Shown: positions 40,674-49,529, counted from the first letter of the stretch. The stretch is DNA of 64,000 nt from an uncultured Gemmatimonadales bacterium (GCA_963741945.1 CAVUKA010000003.1:723998-787997); one strand, 5' to 3'. Notes: generated from the letters alone by a model not told the origin. A program made the numbers and translations.

Positions 40674-40964
40674 TCAGCTGGCCGGCGCCGTCCAGCCGTG
40701 CTCCGCCGCCATGGGTCCGGTGATCACGTAGATCCGGGCGAAGCTGTGCTTCCGGCAGAAGACGGTGCGACGGTGGGCGTCCACGCCGCCATCGGCGTGG
40801 AGCATGGAGTGCCAGCCGCTGTCCACAACGGCGCATCCTTCCGGGCAGGTGGTGGCCACCTCGTCGCCCGGGAGCCAGGCCAGCGCTTTCAGGTCGCGGT
40901 AGGCGGAGACGGTGAGCCACTGTTGCTCGAGACTGTCCAGCAGATCCTTCATCAGATCATCCAT
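40674..40964 (-). CDS. Hypothetical protein
   Basis: 96 aa of non-shadow composition, with CPEGC and FCRKH motifs. Confidence 0.5.
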   Translation of the reverse strand: MDDLMKDLLDSLEQQWLTVSAYRDLKALAWLPGDEVATTCPEGCAVVDSGWHSMLHADGGVDAHRRTVFCRKHSFARIYVITGPMAAEHGWTAPAS

Positions 40965-41078
40965 GATCGCTTCATGTTCATGAGTCCGGGGGCCGCCACT
41001 ACGTCAAGGTACGGCCCCGACCCGGCCGTGGCGACGCCATCGGGGGCGGGCGCCCGGTCCCCGCGCGGGGTTATCCGC

Positions 41079-41765
41079 TCACAGCTGCAGGCCGATGGCG
41101 ACCGCGTGGCAGACGCTGCCGCCGATGACGAACACGTGCCACACGGCATGGCTGTAGCGCCGGGGCGAGTGGTAGAAGCGCGTCCCCACCGTGTACGCCA
41201 CGCCGCCCGCCACCAGCCACGAGATCGCCGCCGCATCCAGGTGCGTGAACAGCGGGCGGGCGGCAACGAGCACCAGCCAGCCCATGCCCAGGTAGATCAG
41301 GGTGGACAGCCGCGGATAACGCCCGGTGAAGAAGACCTTGAATACCACGCCGGCCAGGGCCAGCCCCCAGATCACGCCGAACAGGGTCCATCCCCACGGC
41401 CCCCGCAGCGCCCCCAGGGTGAACGGCGTGTAGGTGCCGGCAATGAGAACGTAGATGGCCGCGTGATCGAAGATTTTCAGCCGCTTCTTGGCCGCTGGCG
41501 AACGCACCGCGTGGTAGGCGGTGGATGCGGAGTACAGGACCAGGAGCGAGGCCAGGAACACCGCCGCGCCCACGATCTTCCACGGATCCCCCGTCAGCGA
41601 GGCGAGCACCACCAGAACCGCGCCCCCCGCCAGGCTCAGGAGCACACCCAGCCCATGCGTGGCTGCGTTGACCAGCTCTTCGTTCTTCACAGACACTCCG
41701 ATCCCGCGTACCGTTCCGTCGAGGAGGGGCGACGCCGGAATATGTCCGTGGCCGCGGTGATTCAC
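41079..41765 (-). CDS. Hemolysin III / PAQR (TrhA) family membrane protein
   Basis: EELVNAATHG, STAYH, DHAAIYVLIAGTYTPF, YLGMGW, HAVWHVFV. True start may be GTG 41690-41696. Confidence 0.92.
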   Translation of the reverse strand: MNHRGHGHIPASPLLDGTVRGIGVSVKNEELVNAATHGLGVLLSLAGGAVLVVLASLTGDPWKIVGAAVFLASLLVLYSASTAYHAVRSPAAKKRLKIFDHAAIYVLIAGTYTPFTLGALRGPWGWTLFGVIWGLALAGVVFKVFFTGRYPRLSTLIYLGMGWLVLVAARPLFTHLDAAAISWLVAGGVAYTVGTRFYHSPRRYSHAVWHVFVIGGSVCHAVAIGLQL

Positions 41766-41821
41766 AACGGGACGACAGGCGCTCCTTCGCGGGAGACGGG
41801 CTGCGTCATCAGGTCATGGCC

Positions 41822-42583
41822 TCAGGTCATGGCTCCCTGCGCCAGCCACCATGCGCCCGCGCCCAGCAGCGCGACCCCGGAGGCCCTGGCGATCCAGTGC
41901 CCGCCGGGGAGCGCCTTCTCGGCAAGCATGAAGGCGGTCAGCGCGGCCATCCAGCGCAGGTCCATCACCCCGACCACGAGCATCAGCGCCATGAGCGCCC
42001 AGCAGCAGAGCACGCACTCGCCGCCGTGGAGGATCCCCAGGCGAACGGCGCCGCCGGCGCCCGGTCGCCACTCGGTCAGCAGGAAGCCCATTGGCGTGCG
42101 GCAGCGGTGCAGGCACGCGTGCTTGAGCGGGCTCAGCTGGTAGACCCCCGCACCGATCAGGACCCCGCCCGAGAGGAGCGCATTCTCGCTGGCGCCGGCG
42201 GGCGAGAGGAGCGAGGCGGAAGCGAGCGCCCACTGCGCCGCCGCCCCCGCCACGCTCACGCCTCCCCAGACGAGCAGGTACGAGAGAACGAACAGGGCGC
42301 TCCGGGCCACGTGGCCCTTCGCCTCTCGCCGGCTGATCGCCGCGTACGTCATGATCATCGGCGACGCCGCCGGGAGCATCATCCCGGCCATCATGATCGC
42401 CCACATGACGACGGCCAGCACCGGCTCGCTTCCGGGGCCCGCGGCGTGCCGCCCCATCGCCCCATCGATCGTGTAGAGCCAGCAGAGCGCCGTTGCGGCA
42501 CCCACGCCGCCGAGAAGGATGAGCCGGTCGCGGCCGAGCCCGGTGAGCACGCTCACCGGGCCACCGCGCCGCGCCCCGCTCAC
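41822..42583 (-). CDS. DUF2182 predicted metal-binding membrane protein
   Basis: MWAIMMAGMMLP, YQLSPLKHACLHRCR, CVLCCWALM, EKALP; GTGA overlap with DUF1326. Confidence 0.88.
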   Translation of the reverse strand: MSGARRGGPVSVLTGLGRDRLILLGGVGAATALCWLYTIDGAMGRHAAGPGSEPVLAVVMWAIMMAGMMLPAASPMIMTYAAISRREAKGHVARSALFVLSYLLVWGGVSVAGAAAQWALASASLLSPAGASENALLSGGVLIGAGVYQLSPLKHACLHRCRTPMGFLLTEWRPGAGGAVRLGILHGGECVLCCWALMALMLVVGVMDLRWMAALTAFMLAEKALPGGHWIARASGVALLGAGAWWLAQGAMT

Positions 42584-43185
42584 GGCCCGGCGTAGCGGAA
42601 CGGCGCGACCATGGCCTGACGGCCGGAGCTCTGGAACGCAATGTCGTGGTCGCCGAAGCGCGCTGTGCTGGCGCGTCCGATCACGGCGGTGTTGCCCGGA
42701 GAGATCGCCAGCGGATTCCCCTCCACCGTCACCGGCCCGCCGCCCTGCCCTTCGATCGGCTCCCACTCCGACTCACCGACCTCCCCCACGCGCAGCCGGC
42801 CTCGCCGGCCGTCGCTCTCGAAATCGATCGGCACCACGTGCACTCCCGCCACGTCCGCGATGTGCGAGGCGATCATCGCCGGATGGCCACCCGCCTTGCC
42901 GCCGAAGATCGACGTCAGCGCTTCCCGCTGCTCCGCCGTCCCACGCTCATCAATGTAGAGCGCCGCACGCCAGTTCTTCTCCTTCATGTTCCCCGGCGTG
43001 TACACGCCCACGGCCACATTGAGGCCATCGAGCGCCACGTCGCCATAACGGCCTTCATCAATGTGCCAGCCCACGATTGCCGTGCAGTCGCCCTCCGTAG
43101 GCTCGCTCAGCACGATGCATGGGCACACGGCTTCACAGGTGCACGCCTCCGTGTACGTTCCGTCGAGAGTCCACTGTTCCGCCAT
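42580..43185 (-). CDS. DUF1326 domain protein
   Basis: W..DGTYTEACTCEAVCPC, GDC, WHIDEG, LYIDERG...QREAL..IFGG. Confidence 0.9.
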   Translation of the reverse strand: MAEQWTLDGTYTEACTCEAVCPCIVLSEPTEGDCTAIVGWHIDEGRYGDVALDGLNVAVGVYTPGNMKEKNWRAALYIDERGTAEQREALTSIFGGKAGGHPAMIASHIADVAGVHVVPIDFESDGRRGRLRVGEVGESEWEPIEGQGGGPVTVEGNPLAISPGNTAVIGRASTARFGDHDIAFQSSGRQAMVAPFRYAGP

Positions 43186-43454
43186 GACACTCCTCCCTTC
43201 TGGAACTGTCCCTGAATGATGCGCCGGGTGACGCGACTCGCCGCATTCTGCGGCCGCCTGGCGGCCCCGCGGCGCCCGAACTCCACCGCCGACCCCGCAG
43301 AAGGCGACAGCCCCGCTTCGTGTCTGGCTCCTGGTGGCTGGAGGAGCGGGTGACGGGAGGCGGGTACAGCGTCGTGGGACCCCGTCCATTCTGCTGATGC
43401 AATTTCTTCACCTGGACATGCTTAATGCCCGCCAGCAGGTCGCGGAGCGAATCC

Positions 43455-43877
43455 TCAGTTGAAGAGGTCCGTGAAGATGATCACCGCGGCCGTGGCGGCG
43501 GTGCCGATGGCCGACTCGATCCAGTAGCCGGTGCTGAACGGCGGCGTCGCCACCAGGATCGCGGCCGGCTCGCCGGCCCGGACGGTCACCCGCTCCGTGT
43601 GGTCGATGGCCTCGCGCCGCCGGCCCTCGGAGGCGGTGACCGTCACTTCCCGCTCACCGGCGGGGATCCCGCTGATCTCGACCCGCTTCGTGAACTTGTC
43701 CTCCACCACCAGCGACTGCCCCACCCGGACGCTCACGGCATGGATCGGCTCGGTGAACCGCACGATGACCGTCCCCGTCGAAGCGGGCGTCGGCAGCTCC
43801 GGATACCTCGCCTGTACGTCGGCCGCGCACCCTGACACCATCAGCGCGAGGACCAGAGACATCGTCGTCTTCGTCAC
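43455..43877 (-). CDS. Hypothetical lipoprotein
   Basis: GTG start after GGAG; lipobox VSGC; beta-rich domain and a C-terminal hydrophobic helix. Confidence 0.7.
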   Translation of the reverse strand: MTKTTMSLVLALMVSGCAADVQARYPELPTPASTGTVIVRFTEPIHAVSVRVGQSLVVEDKFTKRVEISGIPAGEREVTVTASEGRRREAIDHTERVTVRAGEPAAILVATPPFSTGYWIESAIGTAATAAVIIFTDLFN

Positions 43878-44023
43878 GGCGCTCTCCTTTCCCGTGAGCG
43901 TCTGGATCCCGGAGGTCGTGAGCGATCGGGCAGGGGCGATCCTGAATATGCCCACCGGCGATCCGCGCGATCAAGTGAGGCGGATGCCCCCGAGCGAGCG
44001 GGGGCGCCGGAACCGGCGGGTGG

Positions 44024-44211
44024 GGGCTGCGGGCTGCGGGCTGCGGGCTGCGGGCTGCGGGCTGCGGGCTGCGGGCTGCGGGTGCGGGTGCGGGTGCGGG
44101 TGCGGGTGCGGGTGCGGGTGCGGGTGCGGGTGCGGGTGCGGGTGCGGGTGCGGGTGCGGGTGCGGGTGCGGGTGCGGGTGGGGGTGCGGGTGCGGGTGGG
44201 GGTGCGGGTGC
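44024..44211. repeat. Compound microsatellite (GGGCTGC)8 + (GGGTGC)22
   Basis: Counted directly; two hexamers are the GGGTGG variant; 30 consecutive G3 tracts. Confidence 0.97.
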
Positions 44212-44234
44212 CCCCCCGCCCTCGGCGCGGGTGT

Positions 44235-44410
44235 TTGTTCAACGGGGTGGCTCATGGAGGACGATTGTACGATTGTCGGCACTATGTGCCGTTGTCTGTG
44301 CAGTGGACCCGGCGCCACCGCTTCCCTGAACGATCTCCGGCACTATCCGCCGGAAATCGTTCAACGCACCGGCGAACGGGAACGCAGTGAACGATCGACG
44401 GCGCTCCGGG
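44235..44410. repeat. Array of 37-bp imperfect palindromes at 61-bp period (locus 1)
   Basis: Units start at 44266, 44327 and 44388; right arms end at 44241, 44302 and 44363. Best unit: TGAACGATctcCGGCactatccGCCGgaaATCGTTCA. Confidence 0.8.
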
Positions 44411-44571
44411 CCCCGGTTCCCGCCCAGCGTCGCCTGGATGGGATATGGACGACGACGCGTGGACCGGCTCCCGCCTCCCTGGCCCGGCGCCGCGCGCCGG
44501 AACCGGTGAGACCGCCCCGCAACTCCGCCGCCACCGGCTTCCGCCTCCACGGCCGGGGCAGCGCGGTCGCC

Positions 44572-44628
44572 GGGGGACCGGGCGACCGGGGGACCGGGGG
44601 ACCGGGGGACCGGGGGACCGGGGAGACC
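44572..44628. repeat. Tandem 8-mer (GGGGGACC) x7, two variant copies
   Basis: Read directly, just downstream of the DUF4386 stop. Confidence 0.9.
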
Positions 44629-44634
44629 GCGGCG

Positions 44635-45378
44635 CTACCCCGCCGCCACCGGCTCCCGCCTCGCGGACGCCGGCTCCGCCGGCCGCCGCACCCCGCGCGC
44701 CAGCAGGTACACCGTGAACGAAAGCTCCCCGATCACGGCGGGCACCAGGACGATGTTGGCCAGGACGTCCGCGTGCTGGGGCGCCAGCAGGTTGCCGAAG
44801 CTGTCGACCAGATAGCCGGCGCCGGCCAGGGCGAGGAGCGCGCCGAGGATGGCGGGGAAGTAGTCGGCCTTCCACACCAGCCAGCCCAGCACGACGAGGT
44901 GGAAGCCGAAGAAGAGCTGCCAGATCAGCACGCCGAACTCCCGGCTCTCGAGCGCCAGCATCGCCAGCGCCTGCAGCTGCTCCGGCCGGAACGCCTCCAG
45001 GTACGTGGCCCCGCCGAGCAGCGCCAGCGCGAATATCCCGCCGAGCAGGTTCACGCCCTGGATCACCGCCTCGCCCAGCCGCGCCGACGCCGCAACCAGC
45101 GCCGCGCCCCGACTCACCGGCCGCGTGAGCAGGTAGAGCAGCACCGTCAGCGCCACTTCCACCAGCACGATCACGCCGTCCACGGCGACGCCGGCACGCA
45201 GCAGCCCGCCGGACGCCGCCACGTTCGCCGCCGTGGCCGCCGCGTCGCCGACCACGAGGATCCGGCCGGGGACGTACATGATGCTGAACGGCCCCAGGAA
45301 GAAGAGGACCAGGTACAGCGCTCCGGCGAAGCGCGCGGTCCGGGTCAGGGCGCGCACGTCCATGGCTGCGTCGGTCAT
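44635..45378 (-). CDS. DUF4386 family membrane protein
   Basis: ARFAGALYL, LYLLTRPVS, ARLGEA, FFGFHL..LGWL, GELSF..YLL. Confidence 0.85.
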   Translation of the reverse strand: MTDAAMDVRALTRTARFAGALYLVLFFLGPFSIMYVPGRILVVGDAAATAANVAASGGLLRAGVAVDGVIVLVEVALTVLLYLLTRPVSRGAALVAASARLGEAVIQGVNLLGGIFALALLGGATYLEAFRPEQLQALAMLALESREFGVLIWQLFFGFHLVVLGWLVWKADYFPAILGALLALAGAGYLVDSFGNLLAPQHADVLANIVLVPAVIGELSFTVYLLARGVRRPAEPASARREPVAAG

Positions 45379-45620
45379 CGGATGGCTCCGGGTCAAGGGG
45401 AATCGGTCCCGCGGCGCGAGCGGGAGAGCGGGGCGCATGGGGGTGCGCCCGGCCTGTCCGCGCCGAGGTGCGCCGGGGCGCGCCGAACCAGGCCGGGCAC
45501 CCCTTGGCCGCGCCGGGGCGTGCCCGTCGGGGCGCGCTCCGGGCGACAATACGCCCCCTGCCCGCGCAGGCCAACCCGTTCTTCGTGCCGCTTCCTCCGG
45601 CCTCGACGGCGGGGGCGAGG

Positions 45621-45659
45621 TGACTAGATTGGTCAAGTCCATGAGTGACGGGAGGTCAC
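45621..45659. promoter_or_regulatory. Putative TA autoregulatory operators
   Basis: TGACtagattgGTCA (45621-45635) and GTGACgggagGTCAC (45645-45659); the second overlaps the antitoxin SD. Confidence 0.55.
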
Positions 45660-45660
45660 C

Positions 45661-45969
45661 ATGCCCGAATCCCGCGTGTCCGTTGCACGACTGAAGGCCC
45701 GGCTCAGCGAGTACCTGGCCCGCGCCAAAGCCGGCGAGCCGGTGATCATCACGGACCGAGGCACGCCCGTCGCCCGGCTGGTGCCCTTGTCGGGCCCGGC
45801 GGAAGAAGCGGGGCGCAGGACCGAGCTGGGCCGCGCGGGTCTGATCCGGGACCCGGAGCGTGCGGCCGACGCTGCCTTCCTGGAAAGGTTCCTCGCGGAG
45901 CCTCGCCCGGCGGACCCGACGGGGCGGAGCCTGGAGTCGGTGCTGGAAGAGCGGGCGGAGGGCTGGTGA
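45661..45969 (+). CDS. Phd/YefM family antitoxin
   Basis: VSVARLKARLSEYLARAKAGEPVIITDRGTPVARLVP. Confidence 0.92.
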   Translation: MPESRVSVARLKARLSEYLARAKAGEPVIITDRGTPVARLVPLSGPAEEAGRRTELGRAGLIRDPERAADAAFLERFLAEPRPADPTGRSLESVLEERAEGW

Positions 45970-46384
45970 GGTACTGGGACACGTCGGCGCTGGTGCCGCT
46001 GCTGCTGGACCAGGACGCGTCCGCGGAAGTGCGAGCGCTACTGTCGTCGGACGCGGGGATCGTCGCCTGGTGGGGCACGGCCGTGGAATGCGCGTCGGCG
46101 GCTGCCGGGCTGCGGCGCGAGGAGCGGCTCACGGTGGAGGAGGAGGGGCGGGTGCTGGCGCTGCTGAAGGCGCTGCGGTCGTCCTGGGTGGAGGTGCTGC
46201 CGTCGTCGCAGCTGCGGGTGGAAGCCATGCGGCTCCTCCGGGTCCACCCGTTGAAAGCGGCGGACGCGCTCCAGCTCGCGTCGGCGCGGGTGTGGGCAGG
46301 CCGGGCGAGGGCGCCGCGCTGGTCACGTACGACGAGCGGCTGGGGCGCGCGGCGAGGCTGTAGGGGCTCGAGGTTCTGCCGTAG
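45966..46384 (+). pseudogene. vapC: VapC (PIN domain) toxin with a frameshift near 46303 and an in-frame TAG at 46361
   Basis: GTGA overlap; YWDTSALVPL, VEC.SA, LKAADALQLA; the tail LVTYDERLGRAARL*GLEVLP* is in another frame. Confidence 0.8.
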
Positions 46385-46460
46385 TTGGCGCCATCAAGAA
46401 AATGAGTTGTAGCTGCCCTGTAACAATTATCTGGCGTCGAACGTCCTGACGTACGTCCTG

Positions 46461-46690
46461 TATTTCGTGACGCCGGGGCTCGGGATCGGCGGGGACCTGG
46501 TGCTACGGCGTCCGGCATCGGGTTCGGCGCGGGCGTGGGCGCGGCGTTCATGCTGTCGCCGACCGTCGCGCTGACGGTGGAGGGCGTGTACCAGTGGGAG
46601 CGCCTCTCGTACGACGAGGGCAGCGCCAATGTCGACGTGAACGGGAACAGCGTGGGCATCCAGGTGGGGATCGCGGCCTTCCTGTTCTGA
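46461..46690 (+). pseudogene. Remnant of a small outer-membrane beta-barrel gene
   Basis: YFVTPGLGIGGDL fragment, then out-of-frame GIGFGAGVGAAFMLSPTVALTVEGVYQWERLS...GIQVGIAAFLF*; no start codon or signal peptide. Confidence 0.65.
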
Positions 46691-46726
46691 GGCCGAGGGA
46701 GCCCGGCGGGCGGCGTGCCGCCGGGC

Positions 46727-46837
46727 TCAGGCCGTGTAGCCGCCGTCCACGACCAGGTCGGTGCCGGTGACGTAGGCAGCTTCGTCGGAGGCGAGGAAGA
46801 GGATGGCGGCGGCCACCTCCTCCCCGTCAAGCCGCAT
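46727..46837 (-). pseudogene. SDR oxidoreductase reduced to its first 5 and last 31 residues
   Basis: [36 protein letters not shown] with a GAGG SD; both parts are typical SDR termini. Confidence 0.8.
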
Positions 46838-46864
46838 CTTCCGCCTCTCTCACTCATGTCCGTG

Positions 46865-46960
46865 TCCGTCTGGCGTGCCCGGGCCCGGCCGTTGCCGGAG
46901 GTGGTGCCGAAGCTCTGAGGCTCCGGCCTGGTCCGGGAAGATCCGGACACGCCAGACGGA
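46865..46960. repeat. Intergenic inverted repeat (REP-like); one arm recurs at 55974-55991
   Basis: TCCGTCTGGCGTGCCCGG (46865-46882) pairs with CCGGACACGCCAGACGGA (46943-46960); the latter 18-mer is identical at 55974. Confidence 0.7.
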
Positions 46961-46984
46961 GCACGGACACGCAGAGGCGCAGCC

Positions 46985-49264
46985 CTACTGCCCCGGGTGG
47001 TACACCCGCTCCGTGTGCCCCTCCAGCTGCGACGCGTAGAAGTACACGTCGCGCAGGCTGCCCATGGCGTAGATGGCGGCCTCGTCGTCGAAGTGGGGCG
47101 AGTCCGGGTGGCCGCTCTCGCCGCCGGCGGTCAGCGCCCTGGCCCGCACGCTGTCGCCGAACTCCACCACGGCCACGAAGCTGTTCCCGCTGGTGCCGTA
47201 CCACTTCTTCGTGTCCGGGTACGGCCGCGCGCCGAACGACGCCAGCGAGCCCCAGCGCGAGGAGGTGAACGGGACGGGGATGCTGTGCCGGCCGTCGTCG
47301 AAATGTGGGCCGATGTCGGGGCTGATGCGCTGGAAGCGGTTGATGTGCCCCCACGGCGTCCGCCACGTGCCGAAGTCGGCGTCGAGCCGGTCGACGGCGT
47401 CGGAGAGCGACGACAGCAGCAGCGACGCCGGCGCCCGGTCCGCCACCCAGCGGGGCGGCGACATGGACTCCGTCCGGTTCGTGGCGCGGTACGCGTGGCC
47501 CAGCATCTCCTCGCCCCAGAACACGGCCAGCGACGTGGGCACCGAGCTCACGCCCCAGCGGTAGTCCCACTGGCGCAGCCGCGCCATGGGCCCGGCGAGC
47601 TTCGCGCGCAGCGGGTCGCCCGCGGGGAGCGCGTCGTACGCCTGCACCAGCGGCGGCACCGTGATGGCGAACCACGGCAGATAGCTGTCGAACGCCAGCT
47701 CCGTGAGCGTGGCCGCGGTGAACGGGTCGTGGTCGGGAAGCAGCTTCAGCGCATGCAGCCCGCGCGCGGTCTCGTAGCGCCCGCGCTCCGCGTACTCCGG
47801 GTAGTCTTCGCGGCCTCCGGGCTGTCCGGCCCCGCGGCCGACCACGGCCAGTTGTTGGAGTTGTAGACCCAGCCCACGTCCGGGTTGATGGCGTTCGGCG
47901 TCTCCTCGATGGAGAGGACGCCGTCGTAGGCCGTCTCCGGGTTGTCGCCCGGCACGGGCTGGTTCCAGTCGAACGCCGTGCTCCGCCGCGGGATGTAGTT
48001 CGAGTGCAGGTACGCGATGTTGCCGGCCGCGTCGGCGTAGACGGTGTTGTTGGACGCGTTCGTGTGCAGCTTCATGATGTCCAGGAACACGTCCAGGTCC
48101 TTCGCCTTCGTGCGCGTGTAGCTCTGCGTCAGCGCCTCCACCGGGCTCCACATCAGGCTCACCGTCTGCCACTTCTCCCCGTTCCGGGCGACGACGGGCC
48201 CGTGCCGCGTGTACCAGACCGTGAACGTGCGCTCGGCCGTCGACCCGTCGGCGGCGCCGGTACTGGATGGTCACCGGCTTCGTCGCCACGGGCAGGTCCC
48301 GGCCGCCGTAGCGGTAGAACATCCGGCCGCCCTTCTCCGTCACGGTCTCGTCGAACCAGTCGATGTTGTCCACGCCGCTGGACGTGTGCATCCACCCGGC
48401 GGTGCGGTTGAAGCCCTGGTAGATGAAGAACTGCCCCCACGTCACCGCGCCATACGCGTCCAGCCCCTCGTCGCTCGTCATCTGGAGCTCGCTCCGGAAG
48501 TAGAACGACGTGTGCGGGTTGATGAACAGCAGCGCGTGGCCGTCCAGCGTCTTCTTCGGCGCGACGGCGAAGCCGTTGGAGCCGCGGGGCTCCCCGTCCG
48601 CCGCCCGCTGCGCCAGCCGCTCGATGCAGGCGACGAGGGGCGGGGCCGCGTCACCGGCCAGCTGACCGGTCCGGCGAGCCTCGGCGCCCGGCGTCGCCCG
48701 GGACGTTTCCGTGGGCTGACTGCCGTAGAACGCTTGGAGGGCGTCCAGGTCGATGCGCTCGATGTCGCCGCCGATGCTCCCCTCGGTGAACGAGAGCGCC
48801 ATCCACGGCTCGTAGCGCCGGATGCTGGTGCGATCGGCGTCGGGGTGCCTGTGGAGGTAGAAGTTGAGCCCGTCCGCGAACGCGTCCATGAGCTTCTTCA
48901 GCGACGCCGGGCTCCTCGCGTACATGGCCTTCAGCGAGTCCGGGTCCGCGTACATCCGGGCGCGCAGGTCCAGCCAGATCCCGGCCTCGCCCGTGGCCAG
49001 CGCGGTGCGGCCGAGGGCGAAGGCGTAGTTGGCTTCGATGCGCGGATAGTCGTCCTCCGCCTGGGCGTACTCCATGCCGAAGACGGCATCGGCATCGGTG
49101 GCGCCGCGCACGTGGGCGATGCCCCAGTCGTCGCGGGTGATGGTCACCCGGGCGGCCGTGGCCTCCCAGCGGGCGATGTCCGCCTGCGAAGGGGACTGGG
49201 ATGCGGCGCCGGCCGGAGCGACGAAGACGGCGAACGCGATGACGAAGAGAGCGGTTCTGCGCAT
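46985..49264 (-). CDS. Penicillin acylase family (Ntn hydrolase), with compensating frameshifts near 48256 and 47812
   Basis: Signal peptide; ITRDDWGIAHV, YAQAED, GSNGFA (Ser nucleophile), INPH; the middle segment RHGPVV...YNSNNWPW is in a shifted frame; C-terminal GGESGHPDSPHF. Confidence 0.88.
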   Translation of the reverse strand: MRRTALFVIAFAVFVAPAGAASQSPSQADIARWEATAARVTITRDDWGIAHVRGATDADAVFGMEYAQAEDDYPRIEANYAFALGRTALATGEAGIWLDLRARMYADPDSLKAMYARSPASLKKLMDAFADGLNFYLHRHPDADRTSIRRYEPWMALSFTEGSIGGDIERIDLDALQAFYGSQPTETSRATPGAEARRTGQLAGDAAPPLVACIERLAQRAADGEPRGSNGFAVAPKKTLDGHALLFINPHTSFYFRSELQMTSDEGLDAYGAVTWGQFFIYQGFNRTAGWMHTSSGVDNIDWFDETVTEKGGRMFYRYGGRDLPVATKPVTIQYRRRRRVDGRAHVHGLVHAARARRRPERGEVADGEPDVEPGGGADAELHAHEGEGPGRVPGHHEAAHERVQQHRLRRRGRQHRVPALELHPAAEHGVRLEPARAGRQPGDGLRRRPLHRGDAERHQPGRGLGLQLQQLAVVGRGAGQPGGREDYPEYAERGRYETARGLHALKLLPDHDPFTAATLTELAFDSYLPWFAITVPPLVQAYDALPAGDPLRAKLAGPMARLRQWDYRWGVSSVPTSLAVFWGEEMLGHAYRATNRTESMSPPRWVADRAPASLLLSSLSDAVDRLDADFGTWRTPWGHINRFQRISPDIGPHFDDGRHSIPVPFTSSRWGSLASFGARPYPDTKKWYGTSGNSFVAVVEFGDSVRARALTAGGESGHPDSPHFDDEAAIYAMGSLRDVYFYASQLEGHTERVYHPGQ

Positions 49265-49529
49265 TGTGGCTGTGCTGAAAGGGATGACGGTACGCGGGCG
49301 CGGGGCCGGCATACGGTAGCGCGCGGGCGTGTCGGGCGCCACAGGAGGGCCGCATGCGCGGGTCACACGAAGCCACGGAGGAACGAAGCGGGGCGGGGCT
49401 GCCACTGCGGAAAACGCCCGCTCCCGCCCACGCGAATCGGGGACGTCCGCCGAGATGCTTGAAGGCGGCGGATCCGGGCGTTAGCGTGGTCTTCGGCGAA
49501 GCCCCCTCACGCGTTACCGGAGCGATCCA

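Noticed and set aside
44235-44410. CRISPR array (37-bp repeat plus 24-bp spacer), also at 58184-58281
   Set aside because: Repeats are degenerate, only 2-3 units occur per locus, linkers are homologous between loci, and no cas genes are in the window.
43531-45627. Poly-(CG), poly-(HP), poly-(RV) and poly-(RT) proteins
   Set aside because: These are translations of the hexamer microsatellite with no coding support.
47805-48260. Real frame-swapped segment in the acylase
   Set aside because: The +1 and +2 insertions restore the frame and the conserved sequence lies in the shifted frame, so sequencing indels are more likely.
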